Shown piece after piece: positions 1 through 9,536 of a stretch of DNA of 64,000 nucleotides. Origin of the DNA: Myxococcota bacterium (GTDB lineage Bacteria > Myxococcota_A > UBA796 > CAJQPC01); assembly GCA_036012755.1 (NCBI GenBank), contig DASCPX010000129.1:32001-96000 (forward strand), in the 5' to 3' direction. Position numbers and translations under genes: made by a program. Under the pieces are notes generated by a model, which did no database searches, had not been told where the DNA came from, and saw nothing but the letters and a program-made list of their open reading frames with translations. The first letter of the stretch is position 1. Every line of letters starts with the position of its first letter.

Positions 1-521
1 AAGCTCGGGTGCGCCTTGTGGGGGAGGGTCTGGATCTCGCCGCCGACGAGCTTGGTGCGCGCGTCGCTGGTGACGATGTCGCCGCCGGGGTGGTCCGTGC
101 GCTCGGTCGCGTAGACCGACTTGATGTAGGCGGCCTTGTCCCAGTCGTAGACCGAGCCGACCTTGAGCATGCCGATGACGCTGCCGGTGGAGTCGATGAT
201 CGCCGCGGGCCTGCCGACCTGGAGCTTCGCCGCCTCCGCGTCGGTGATGGGGAGGGCCATCGGGATGGTCCAGGCGTAGTCGACGCCGTCGCGCGTGATG
301 TTCCGGCGAGCCAGGACCTGGTTCCACTCGTCCTCGTTCATCGGGCCGGTCAGCGGCGACAGGGTGCCGTCGGAGAAGCGGTAGACGGCGCTGCGGTCGG
401 CGTTGGTGACCGTGATCCTGGGCATGTCGATGGCTTCGGCCGCCAGGGCCTTGGCCTTGGACAGGGGAAGGACGAGGTCGACAGGCTCGGCGAGGCCGCC
501 ATGCACGGGGACGAGGGACAT
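1..521 (-). CDS. sat: Sulfate adenylyltransferase (ATP sulfurylase), N-terminal part; runs off the window edge
   Basis: Manual translation from ATG at 521: MSLVPVHGGLAEPVDL...FSDGTLSPLTGPM...YAWTIPMALP...VYATERTDHPG...LVGGEI, matching Sat N-terminal motifs (HGG, SPLxGxM, WTIP, DHPG). Absent from the ORF track because it is truncated. Confidence 0.88.
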   Translation of the reverse strand, partial: MSLVPVHGGLAEPVDLVLPLSKAKALAAEAIDMPRITVTNADRSAVYRFSDGTLSPLTGPMNEDEWNQVLARRNITRDGVDYAWTIPMALPITDAEAAKLQVGRPAAIIDSTGSVIGMLKVGSVYDWDKAAYIKSVYATERTDHPGGDIVTSDARTKLVGGEIQTLPHKAHPS

Positions 522-613
522 TGTGGCTCCGGGGAAAACGGGGGGTAGGGGCCCCCCAATGGCACGGTGGGGCCGCCGTCGCAAGGTCTCAGCGGAAGGT
601 TAGGTGCGCTCCC

Positions 614-1885
614 ATGGGCCCCGCAGACCTCGATCTGAAGCACGTCTGGCACCCCTTCACCCAGGCGGACGAGTGGGAGGCTTCGGCTCCGCTGGTCATC
701 GAGCGGGCAGAAGGCGCCTGGCTCTTCGACACAGAGGGTCGGCGCTACCTCGACGGTGTCGCGTCGCTCTGGGTCGGTGTCCACGGCCACCGGCACCCCC
801 ACGTCGACGCCGCGGTCACCGAGCAGCTCGGCCGCGTGGCCCACTCGACGCTGCTGGGCCTGGCGAACCTGCCCTCGACCGAGCTGGCGGCGCTGCTCTG
901 CCAGAAGACCGGCTTCGATCGCGTCTTCTACAGCGACTGCGGCTCCAGCGCTGTCGAGGTGGCCCTGAAGATGGCCTTCCAGTGGCACCAGCAGCGGGGC
1001 GACACCGGTCGTCGCCGCTTCGCGGCCCTGGCCGAGGCCTACCACGGGGACACCCTCGGAGCGGTCAGCGTGGGAGGCATCTCGCTCTTCCACGAGGTCT
1101 ACGGGCCCCTGCTGTTCCCCAGCCTGCGCCTGCCCTGTCCGGCGGATCGAGAGGCCGAAGAGGCGCTGTCCGAGATGGCGGTAGAGGCTATTCACGACGC
1201 GGGTGACTCCCTGGCCGCGCTCATCGTCGAGCCCTTCGTCCAGGGCGCAGCGGGCATGCGCATGCACACCGCTGCCTACCTCGAGCCGGTCATCGCAGGG
1301 GCCCGAGAGGTGGGAGCCCTGGTCATCTGCGACGAGGTGGCCGTCGGCCTGGGCCGCACCGGCCCCTTCCTCGCCAGCGAGCGGCTGAGCGCGCCCCCCG
1401 ACATCGTCTGTCTCGGAAAGGGGCTGTCCAACGGCTACCTGCCCCTGGCCGCGACCCTCACCACCGAGCGTATCTACGACGGCTTCCGCGGGGACCACGG
1501 CCGCACCTTCTTCCACGGACACACCTTCACCGGCAACCCCCTGGCCTGCGCCGCCGCCAGGGCCTGCCTCGAGCTCTTCGACAGCGAGCACACCCTGTCC
1601 AACGTCGAGGCCCGGGCCCTGCAGCTCTCGGGGGGCCTCGAGCGCCTCGCCGGGCTCTCCTCGGTGAAGGGCGTGCGCCAGCTGGGCCTGATGGCGGCGG
1701 TGGACCTCGCCTCGGACGCCAAGCGCCAGGGACACAGGATCTGCCTGGCTCTTCGCGAGCACGAGGTGCTGCTGAGACCGCTCGGGAACACCCTGGTGCT
1801 GATGCCTCCCCTGTGCATTTCAGCGATGGAACTCGACCACCTCGTGGATGCCTTGGAGCGGGTGCTCGGACCCGTGGTCAGCTGA
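614..1885 (+). CDS. bioA: Adenosylmethionine-8-amino-7-oxononanoate aminotransferase
   Basis: HVWHPFTQ, YLDGVASLWV, YHGDT, DEVAVGLGRTG, PDIVCLGKGLSNGYLPLA (PLP lysine), FFHGHTFTGNPLAC. Start taken at ATG 614. Confidence 0.93.
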   Translation: MGPADLDLKHVWHPFTQADEWEASAPLVIERAEGAWLFDTEGRRYLDGVASLWVGVHGHRHPHVDAAVTEQLGRVAHSTLLGLANLPSTELAALLCQKTGFDRVFYSDCGSSAVEVALKMAFQWHQQRGDTGRRRFAALAEAYHGDTLGAVSVGGISLFHEVYGPLLFPSLRLPCPADREAEEALSEMAVEAIHDAGDSLAALIVEPFVQGAAGMRMHTAAYLEPVIAGAREVGALVICDEVAVGLGRTGPFLASERLSAPPDIVCLGKGLSNGYLPLAATLTTERIYDGFRGDHGRTFFHGHTFTGNPLACAAARACLELFDSEHTLSNVEARALQLSGGLERLAGLSSVKGVRQLGLMAAVDLASDAKRQGHRICLALREHEVLLRPLGNTLVLMPPLCISAMELDHLVDALERVLGPVVS

Positions 1886-2288
1886 GGTCGGCGGGCTCCA
1901 CCCGGCGCAGTCCGGCGATCCGATCGAAGTCCCTGTCGAAGGTGCAGAACGCGCTCGCCTGCTCCTCCAGGTAGACAGCCGCGTGCAGGGCGTCCCGCGC
2001 CGAGAGCGACGGGTCGTCGTCGAGGAGGCATCGAGCCCGGTCTAGCGCCCTCAGGTCGACCGGGAGCCAGGTCGGCACGATCTGCCGTGCGAGGTCGAAG
2101 ACGCGCTTGCCGTCGGCCCACCTGCCGATGGCCCTGTACCGATGGAGGATCTCCTGGAGCACCTCGACGTCGGCGCCAGCATCGACGTGCCCCCGCGCCA
2201 CGCGCTCGAGCAACTCCAGGCTGGGAGCCTTGTTGGGGTGCTCCGCGCCGGCCGCGTACATGATGATGTTGGCGTCGAGCAGGATCAC
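1878..2288 (-). CDS. vapC: PIN-domain VapC-type toxin
   Basis: ILLDANII, EVLQEIL, RDALHAA, TFDRDFD acidic PIN motifs; directly downstream of a small RHH gene. Confidence 0.88.
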   Translation of the reverse strand: MILLDANIIMYAAGAEHPNKAPSLELLERVARGHVDAGADVEVLQEILHRYRAIGRWADGKRVFDLARQIVPTWLPVDLRALDRARCLLDDDPSLSARDALHAAVYLEEQASAFCTFDRDFDRIAGLRRVEPADLS

Positions 2289-2539
2289 GGGACGGGCTCG
2301 TCCCCGAATGGGACGGACTCGGCCTTCATCACGGCAGGGCTGTCGACCGGCAGCGCGAGCTCACCGAGCAGGCGCACTGCGTCCGCGCGCGCCTCCGGGT
2401 CGACCAGGCCGTACTGGGCTTCGACCGCGTCCCGGATCAAGCGGCCCATGCTGACTCCTCGGCGTTGGGCGAGGCTCCTGAGCCGTTGATGCTGCCTGGT
2501 GGTCAGCAGGATCGTCGTCCTGTGTTGGGTGGGTTCCAT
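2285..2539 (-). CDS. Ribbon-helix-helix/CopG-type antitoxin
   Basis: RTTILLT..QHQRLRSLAQRRGVSMGRLIRDAVE RHH pattern; GGAGG precedes ATG 2539; 4-bp overlap with the PIN toxin start. Confidence 0.8.
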   Translation of the reverse strand: MEPTQHRTTILLTTRQHQRLRSLAQRRGVSMGRLIRDAVEAQYGLVDPEARADAVRLLGELALPVDSPAVMKAESVPFGDEPVP

Positions 2540-2548
2540 ATCCACCTC

Positions 2549-2586
2549 CATATGCATATGTTAGATCCAGTGGTGGGATCGGTCAA
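2549..2586 (-). promoter_or_regulatory. sigma70-type promoter with candidate operator for the TA operon
   Basis: Minus strand TTGACC (2586-2581), 17-nt spacer, TAACAT (2563-2558); perfect palindrome CATATGCATATG at 2549-2560 overlaps the -10/start region. Confidence 0.65.
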
Positions 2587-2643
2587 GCCTCCGGGCCGGA
2601 TCCGCGACTCCGGGTAGAATCGCTCACCTGAGAGGGGTTACCG

Positions 2644-3621
2644 ATGTGGGTCGTACTCATACAGCTGGCGCTCGCCCAGGATGTCACCGGCGGCGAACTC
2701 CACTCAGAGGCCACCGACGAGGTCTACGGCCACCTCGCGCTGAAGAAGCGGCTCTACTGTCACGTGCGGGCCGAGATCGACGAGGCCGGTCGGGTCTTCG
2801 TGGCCCAGGCGCAGGACTGCGTGTCCGGACTCGAGGAGGCCTCTGAGTCCCTGGTCCGGCGGTCGGGGTACACGCCGGTGCGCCTCGACGTCGAGCCCAC
2901 CCTGGCCTGGCTCGATGTCACCGTGATGTGGCAAGGCGGCCACCCGCGCAGCTGGGTGAACCTCGTGATCCCCCTCGCCGTCGAGCCCCTCCCGCCAGAG
3001 GTGGCGGTGGCCCGCACCGCCGAGCTGAGCCGCGCGGAGAAGGCACGCATCGGGGGAGCGGAGTGCATCTTCTCGGTGCTGGTCAGCGAGGACGAGGGGC
3101 TCGAGGTCCTCGACGTCGAGCGCTGCCCGGAGCACCTGGAGGAGCTCGCCCGGCTCGTCATGGTCACCAGCACCTACGAGGTCGAGGGCCAGCTCGCCGC
3201 TCGGCTGTCCGTGACCTTCGAGTTCGACAACCCGGTGACCTTGGCCTTCCTCCCGACCCGCCTGCCGCCAGAGCTCACCCCCGAGCAGGTCGAGCTCCTG
3301 CGCCGGCCGCGCATGCGCGACGAGCCGGTCGGCTACCCCAAGCTGGCGTACTTGAGGGACATCTACGGCCAGTGCTCGCTGCAGGTCGCCGTGGCCCCGA
3401 GCGGCGAGGTCGTGGACGTGGTCGTCGGCGAGACCTGCCACTCGATCTTCTCCCGCCATGCCCGCCGTACGGCCTACGCCACCACCTACTTTCCGCTCCA
3501 GTACGAGACACCGGTGAGCTTCGGGACCGGCATCGACTACTGCTTCCCGATGGTGGGGATCGCGACCGCCGAGCGCGTCGACTGCGACCCTCGGGCCCAC
3601 ACACCCGGGTGGGTGGACTGA
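2644..3621 (+). CDS. Secreted protein with TonB C-terminal-like domain(s)
   Basis: Short signal peptide; C-terminal YPKLAYLRDIYGQCSLQVAVAPSGEVVDVVV...FSRHARRTA...YFP resembles TonB_C; two weaker similar segments upstream. Confidence 0.55.
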   Translation: MWVVLIQLALAQDVTGGELHSEATDEVYGHLALKKRLYCHVRAEIDEAGRVFVAQAQDCVSGLEEASESLVRRSGYTPVRLDVEPTLAWLDVTVMWQGGHPRSWVNLVIPLAVEPLPPEVAVARTAELSRAEKARIGGAECIFSVLVSEDEGLEVLDVERCPEHLEELARLVMVTSTYEVEGQLAARLSVTFEFDNPVTLAFLPTRLPPELTPEQVELLRRPRMRDEPVGYPKLAYLRDIYGQCSLQVAVAPSGEVVDVVVGETCHSIFSRHARRTAYATTYFPLQYETPVSFGTGIDYCFPMVGIATAERVDCDPRAHTPGWVD

Positions 3622-3648
3622 GTGATACAGCCCTCGCTGGAGGGCGCG

Positions 3649-5088
3649 ATGGCCGAAGAGAAGACCGAAGACAAGGGCGGAGACAAGAGCGACAAGCCGG
3701 TCGAGCGCCCCGAGAAGCAGGTCGTCACCCAGCACTCCGCAGTGATCGCCGGCGGCGAGGTCGACTACACGGTCACCGTCGAGACCGTGAACCTGAAGGA
3801 CGACAAGGGCGAGGACCGCGCCTCGATCTTCGCCGTCAGCTATGTCCGCGACGCGGCGGACACCCAGCGTCCCGTGACCTTCTGCTTCAACGGGGGCCCG
3901 GGCTCCTCGGCTGTCTGGCTGCACTTCGGCGCCTTCGGGCCCAAGCGGGTCGACATCCCGGACCTCGTCACGGTCAAGCCCCCGCCGCACACGCTGATCG
4001 ACAACCCGGAGGGGCTCTTCGACCTGAGCGACCTGGTCTTCATCGACCCGGTCGGGACCGGCTTTTCACGGCCCGCCGGCGAGAAGAAGATCGACGCCTA
4101 CACCGGGGTGAAAGAGGACATCGAGTCCGTCGGCGAGTTCATCTGGCGCTGGCTCTCGAGGAACGGCCGCTGGAACAGCCCCAAGTTCATCGCAGGCGAG
4201 TCCTACGGCACCACCCGCTGCGGCGGGCTCGCCAACTGGCTGCAGGAGAAGGGCATCGCGCTCAACGGTGTGGTCCTCGTGAGCCTCGCCACGAACTTCC
4301 AGACCTTCGTCGCCGAGACGGGCAACGACCTCCCTCACGTCCTGTACCTGCCGACCTTCGCCCTTGTCGCCAGCTACCACGGGGTGATCCCGCAGGTGGA
4401 CCTCGACGAGGTCAAGCGCTTCGCCGTCGAGGACTACGCCCCGGCGCTGATGAAGGGAGACCGGCTCCCCGACGAGGATCGCGACGCCCTCGCCGAGCAG
4501 CTCGCGGCCTACACGGGGCTGCCTGCAGGCCAGATAGCTCGGCGCCAGCTGCGCATTCCCTACCTCTGGTTCGCCCGCAACCTGCTGGAGCTTCCGGACC
4601 ACACGGTGGGCCGCATGGACGGCCGGTACATCGGCCCCGACAGCGACCCCTACGCCCAGTCCATGGCGCGCGATCCGGCCATCGACGCAGTCTGGCCGAG
4701 CTTCACGGCGGTCGCCAACGACACGCTCCGGCGTGTCTATGGCTTCGAGAGCGACGAGCTCTACCAGGTCCTCAACATGGACGTGAACAAGGCCTGGCGC
4801 TGGTCCCAGGAGGGCCGCCTGGGCTTCATCAACACCAACGAGGACCTTCGGGCCGCCATCGTCGCCAACCCGCACCTGCGAGTCATCGTCTGCAACGGCG
4901 TCTACGACCTCGCCACGCCCATGTTCGCCGCCAGCTACAGCATCGACACCCTCGGCCTGCCCCAGGACCGGCGCGGAAACGTCTCGGTGGAGTTCTACGA
5001 GGCCGGCCACATGATGTACTTCCACCCGCCGAGCCTCGCGAAGCTCCGAGCGGACCTGGAGTCCTTCTACGCCAAGGCCCTGGGCTAG
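3649..5088 (+). CDS. Peptidase S10 family serine carboxypeptidase
   Basis: FNGGPGSS, FIDPVGTGFS, GESYG nucleophile, YDLATP, YEAGHMMY; GGAGG before ATG 3649. Confidence 0.92.
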   Translation: MAEEKTEDKGGDKSDKPVERPEKQVVTQHSAVIAGGEVDYTVTVETVNLKDDKGEDRASIFAVSYVRDAADTQRPVTFCFNGGPGSSAVWLHFGAFGPKRVDIPDLVTVKPPPHTLIDNPEGLFDLSDLVFIDPVGTGFSRPAGEKKIDAYTGVKEDIESVGEFIWRWLSRNGRWNSPKFIAGESYGTTRCGGLANWLQEKGIALNGVVLVSLATNFQTFVAETGNDLPHVLYLPTFALVASYHGVIPQVDLDEVKRFAVEDYAPALMKGDRLPDEDRDALAEQLAAYTGLPAGQIARRQLRIPYLWFARNLLELPDHTVGRMDGRYIGPDSDPYAQSMARDPAIDAVWPSFTAVANDTLRRVYGFESDELYQVLNMDVNKAWRWSQEGRLGFINTNEDLRAAIVANPHLRVIVCNGVYDLATPMFAASYSIDTLGLPQDRRGNVSVEFYEAGHMMYFHPPSLAKLRADLESFYAKALG

Positions 5089-5118
5089 CCACCGTCTACA
5101 ATCCGCGGCGGAGGACCG

Positions 5119-6789
5119 ATGCTCGCGGTGCTGTTGTGGATTGGGGTCGCCGAGGCCCAGGACGCCGACACCTTCGCGTTCTCCGGCTCGGCCTGGGACG
5201 ACCAGGGCACCCTCGAGCTCAGCCACCCCTCCCTGGGCGCGGCCAACAGCTGGTACGCCGGTGTGGGCCTCGTCTACGCCGACGACCCGCTGGTCATCCA
5301 GTACGAGGACGGGCGCGAGGAGTCCGTCGTCTCCCGCCAGTTCTCGACGCGGCTCCAAGGCGGCTACGACATCAACGAGGCCGTCCGCCTGGACCTCGAG
5401 GTGCCGCTCTACCCCTTCATCGTCGTGCAGGACCAGCAGGCCTTCGCGATGGGAGACATCCAGCTCGCCGCGATGATCCCGATCGCCGAGTTCGGCGACA
5501 CCAACGACGGCATCGGCTTCGGCCTGCGCCCTGTCATCGTCGTCCCCTCCGGCCGAAACAGCGGCACCTTCACCTCTCGCGAGAGCATCGGCGGCAGCCT
5601 CGCGGGCGCCGTGGGCGGCTACATCTCCCAGATCGGGTGGCGGGTCAACCTCGGCATGGACTTCGGGCCGAAGAGCTCGCTGGAGGAGCTGGACTTCGGC
5701 ACCTCCTTGGACGCCGGGGGTGGCTTCTCCTACCGGCCCATCGAAGAGGTCGTCACCGGAGCCGAGCTGCAGTCGAAGGTCACCCTGTCCGGCGGCACCG
5801 CCTGGAACAAGAACCCGATGGAGGCCCACGTCTACGGCGGCTACCTCCACGACAGCGGCTTCCACGCCATGCTCGGGCTGGGCACCGGGCTCATCGCGGG
5901 CATCGGCGCTCCGGACTACCGGGTCGCCCTGGCCCTGGGCTACCGCGACGACGGGGACCCCCCGGACCTGGACCACGACGGCGTCCTCGACGACGTCGAC
6001 CGCTGCATCGAGGACCCAGAGGACCTCGACTCGTTCCAGGACCTCGACGGCTGCCCGGACCCCGACAACGACGCGGACAAGATCCTCGACGAGGCCGACA
6101 GCTGCCCGGACGATCCCGAAGACTGGGACGGTTGGGAGGACACCGACGGCTGTCCCGACAACGACAACGACGGTGACGGCATCCCCGACGGCGGCGACGA
6201 CTGCCCCGATCTTCCAGGAACCGCCTCGGTCAACGGCTGCCCCGACAGTGACGGCGACGGCCTCGCGGACGACATGGATCGCTGCCCGGAGGTGCCCGGA
6301 CCGCTGGCGACCGAGGGCTGCCCCGACCGGGACCGAGACCGCGTCCCCGACTTCCGCGACGAGTGCCCGGACGAGCCGATCTCGCCCAAGGCCGATCCGC
6401 GCCGCAGCAACGGCTGCCCGACCAGGGTCATCGTGACGCACAAGGCCATCGTCATCGTCGACCGGGTCTACTTCCGGACCGACAAGTCCACCATCAAGTC
6501 GGTGAGCTACGACATCCTCGACGAGGTCGCCGCCGTGCTCGTCGCGAACCCGGACATCGAGCTCGTCGAGATCGCCGGTCACACCGACAGCGACGGCCCG
6601 CAGTCCACCAACCTGGAGCTGTCCCAGCGCCGCGCCGAGGCGGTGGTCGCCTACCTGGTGAAGGAGGGGGTCTCTGCGGACCGCCTCGTCGCCAAGGGCT
6701 ACGGCGAGAGCACGCCGATCGACTCCAACAGCTCGTCCGAGGGCAAGGCCAACAACCGGCGGGTGGAGTTCGTCATCCTGAAACAGTGA
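5119..6789 (+). CDS. OmpA-family outer membrane protein (beta-barrel + TSP3 repeats + OmpA_C)
   Basis: Signal peptide, barrel-like N-terminus, DGCPDxDxDGD repeats, IAGHTDSDG..NLELSQRRAEAV..GYGE..NRRVEF. Confidence 0.9.
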   Translation: MLAVLLWIGVAEAQDADTFAFSGSAWDDQGTLELSHPSLGAANSWYAGVGLVYADDPLVIQYEDGREESVVSRQFSTRLQGGYDINEAVRLDLEVPLYPFIVVQDQQAFAMGDIQLAAMIPIAEFGDTNDGIGFGLRPVIVVPSGRNSGTFTSRESIGGSLAGAVGGYISQIGWRVNLGMDFGPKSSLEELDFGTSLDAGGGFSYRPIEEVVTGAELQSKVTLSGGTAWNKNPMEAHVYGGYLHDSGFHAMLGLGTGLIAGIGAPDYRVALALGYRDDGDPPDLDHDGVLDDVDRCIEDPEDLDSFQDLDGCPDPDNDADKILDEADSCPDDPEDWDGWEDTDGCPDNDNDGDGIPDGGDDCPDLPGTASVNGCPDSDGDGLADDMDRCPEVPGPLATEGCPDRDRDRVPDFRDECPDEPISPKADPRRSNGCPTRVIVTHKAIVIVDRVYFRTDKSTIKSVSYDILDEVAAVLVANPDIELVEIAGHTDSDGPQSTNLELSQRRAEAVVAYLVKEGVSADRLVAKGYGESTPIDSNSSSEGKANNRRVEFVILKQ

Positions 6790-6818
6790 GCGCGATACTC
6801 GCTGGGACGGAGGTCCGG

Positions 6819-7658
6819 ATGAAGACGATCGCCATCCTCGGTGCCGGCACGATGGGCCATGGCATCGCTCACGTCTCGGCGCTGGCCGGGTACGAGGTCG
6901 GGCTCTTCGACATCTCGGGCGAGGCCATCGACTCGGGGCTGGCCAGGATCAAGGCGAACATGGAGGGGGGCCTCGCCCGCGGAAAGCTGGGCGAGGGAGA
7001 CATGAACGCGGCGCTCGCGCGCATCAGCGGTGGGACCGATCTGGCCGCGATCTGCGAGGACGTCGACCTCGTCATCGAGGCCGTCCCTGAGCGCATCGAG
7101 CTCAAGCAGGAGCTCCTCTCGGAGGTCCAGCACATGACCTCTGGCATCCTGGCGACGAACACCTCGAGCCTGTCGATCGCCAAGATCGCCGAGGCAGTGG
7201 ACGACCCCTCGCGGGTGCTGGGGCTGCACTTCTTCAACCCCGTCCACATCATGAAGCTCCTCGAGATCGTCGTGCAGCCGCGCACCTCGGCCGAGGTCCT
7301 CGCCAGCTGCAAGAGCTACGGCGAGAGCATCGGGAAGCAGTGCATCACCGTGCGTGACGTCCCGGGCTTCGCGACCTCTCGGCTCGGGGTCTGCCTCGGC
7401 ATGGAGGCCATCCGCATGGTCGAGCAGGGTGTGGCCTCGGCAGCGGACATCGACGCCGCCATGGTGCTCGGCTACCGCCACCCGCTGGGGCCCCTGAAGC
7501 TCGGGGACCTCATCGGGCTCGATGTGCGCATGCAGGTCGGCGAGTACCTGGCCAAAGAGCTCGACAACCCGGCCTTCGAGCCCCCGGAGCTCCTGCGGCG
7601 GATGGTCGCGGAGGGTCGGCTGGGCCAGAAGACCGGCCGCGGCTTCTACGACTGGTAG
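6819..7658 (+). CDS. 3-hydroxyacyl-CoA (3-hydroxybutyryl-CoA) dehydrogenase
   Basis: GAGTMGHGIA, IEAVPE, ATNTSSL, GLHFFNPV, GPLKLGDLIGLD, GRLGQKTGRGFY. Confidence 0.92.
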   Translation: MKTIAILGAGTMGHGIAHVSALAGYEVGLFDISGEAIDSGLARIKANMEGGLARGKLGEGDMNAALARISGGTDLAAICEDVDLVIEAVPERIELKQELLSEVQHMTSGILATNTSSLSIAKIAEAVDDPSRVLGLHFFNPVHIMKLLEIVVQPRTSAEVLASCKSYGESIGKQCITVRDVPGFATSRLGVCLGMEAIRMVEQGVASAADIDAAMVLGYRHPLGPLKLGDLIGLDVRMQVGEYLAKELDNPAFEPPELLRRMVAEGRLGQKTGRGFYDW

Positions 7659-7659
7659 C

Positions 7660-8859
7660 TCAGCAGCGCTCGATGAGCGTGGAGACTCCCTGGCCGACCC
7701 CGACGCAGAGGGTCGCCAGGCCCCGGTCGCCGCCGGTGCGGTCCAGCGCGCCCATGAGCGTGGTCAGGATTCGGGCTCCAGAGCAGCCCAGGGGGTGGCC
7801 CAGGGCGATGGCGCCGCCGTGGAGGTTCACCCGGGCCGGGTCCAGCTCCAGCTCCCTGATCACGGCGATCGACTGGGAGGCGAAGGCCTCGTTCAGCTCG
7901 ATGACGTCGAGGTCTCCGGTGGTCCAGCCTGCCAGCGACAGCGCCTTCTTCGTAGCCGGGACCGGGCCGATGCCCATCACGGTCGGATCGACGCCGGCGG
8001 CGGCCTTGGCCACGACGCGGAAGCGGGGCCGCAGGCCGAGCTCCCGGGCTCTGGCCGCGGTGGTCACCAACAGGGCAGCGGAGCCGTCGTTCAAGGTCGA
8101 GGAGTTGGCCGCCGTCACGCTGCCGCCCTTGCGGAAGGCCGGCCGCAGCCGGGCGAGCTTCTCCATCGTCGAGCCCCGGCGAGGCCCCTCGTCCTGGCTC
8201 ACGACGACTGGGTCACGCTTGCGCTGGGGCACGCTCACCGGCGCGATCTCCGGGGCCATCCAGCCTTCGTCGGTGGCGCGTATCGCTTTTTCGTGAGAGG
8301 CCAGCGCGTAGAGATCCTGCTCCTCGCGAGAAAGCCCGTAGCGATCGACGAGGTTCTCTGCCGTGCAGCCCATCGCCTCCAGCGGGAACATCGCCTCCAT
8401 CTTGGGGTTCGGGAAGCGCCAGCCGAGGCAGGTGTCGTAGCCGGTGATGTTGCCGGCCTTCGGCGCCACCGACCCCCGGGGGAAGACATAGGGCGCCCGG
8501 CTCATGCTCTCCACGCCGCCGGCGATGTAGACGCTCCCGTCGCCACACTCGGCCGCCCGGGCTGCCTGGTTGACCGCCTCGAGTCCCGACGCGCAGAGTC
8601 GGTTGAGCGTGACCCCGGGAACGGTTTGGGGCATCCCCGCCAACAGCAGGGCCATGCGCGCGACGTTCCGGGTGTCCTCGCCGGCCTGGTTGGTGCAGCC
8701 CATGAAGACGTCGTCCACCAGGGCCGGGTCGAGGCCCGTCCGCGACAAGAGCGCGGCGATCGAGTGGGCGGCGAGGTCGTCGGTCCGCACCTTCGACAGG
8801 CCCCCCAGGAAGGACCCGATCGGGCTGCGGACGGCATCGACGATGACGGCTTCGGACAT
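7660..8859 (-). CDS. Acetyl-CoA C-acyltransferase (thiolase, PcaF/PaaJ-like)
   Basis: [56 protein letters not shown] before ATG 8859. Confidence 0.92.
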   Translation of the reverse strand: MSEAVIVDAVRSPIGSFLGGLSKVRTDDLAAHSIAALLSRTGLDPALVDDVFMGCTNQAGEDTRNVARMALLLAGMPQTVPGVTLNRLCASGLEAVNQAARAAECGDGSVYIAGGVESMSRAPYVFPRGSVAPKAGNITGYDTCLGWRFPNPKMEAMFPLEAMGCTAENLVDRYGLSREEQDLYALASHEKAIRATDEGWMAPEIAPVSVPQRKRDPVVVSQDEGPRRGSTMEKLARLRPAFRKGGSVTAANSSTLNDGSAALLVTTAARARELGLRPRFRVVAKAAAGVDPTVMGIGPVPATKKALSLAGWTTGDLDVIELNEAFASQSIAVIRELELDPARVNLHGGAIALGHPLGCSGARILTTLMGALDRTGGDRGLATLCVGVGQGVSTLIERC

Positions 8860-8933
8860 GCGACCTCCTCGAGCTTCCCTAACGCAGCAGACCCGTGGGA
8901 TGTGGGCGTAGACTCCGGCCGTCCGAGGATCCC

Positions 8934-9425
<492 letters not shown>

Positions 9426-9536
9426 GGCGGACAAGCTCCGCCCCTTGACGAAAGCGGCAGGATATTGGGACCGTCCTCCCGTCCGGGCACAACGAGTGTC
9501 CGCATCTCTCCACTTGCAAGACCGGCGAGGCACCCT

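Noticed and set aside
560..575. TGGCACG upstream of bioA as a sigma54 promoter
   Set aside because: No GC at the required GG-N10-GC position.
2928..6582. Very long alternative-frame and antisense ORFs (e.g. 2928-6176 +, 4066-6582 -, likewise 39943-43260 -)
   Set aside because: Shadow ORFs caused by high GC and stop-codon scarcity opposite well-supported genes.
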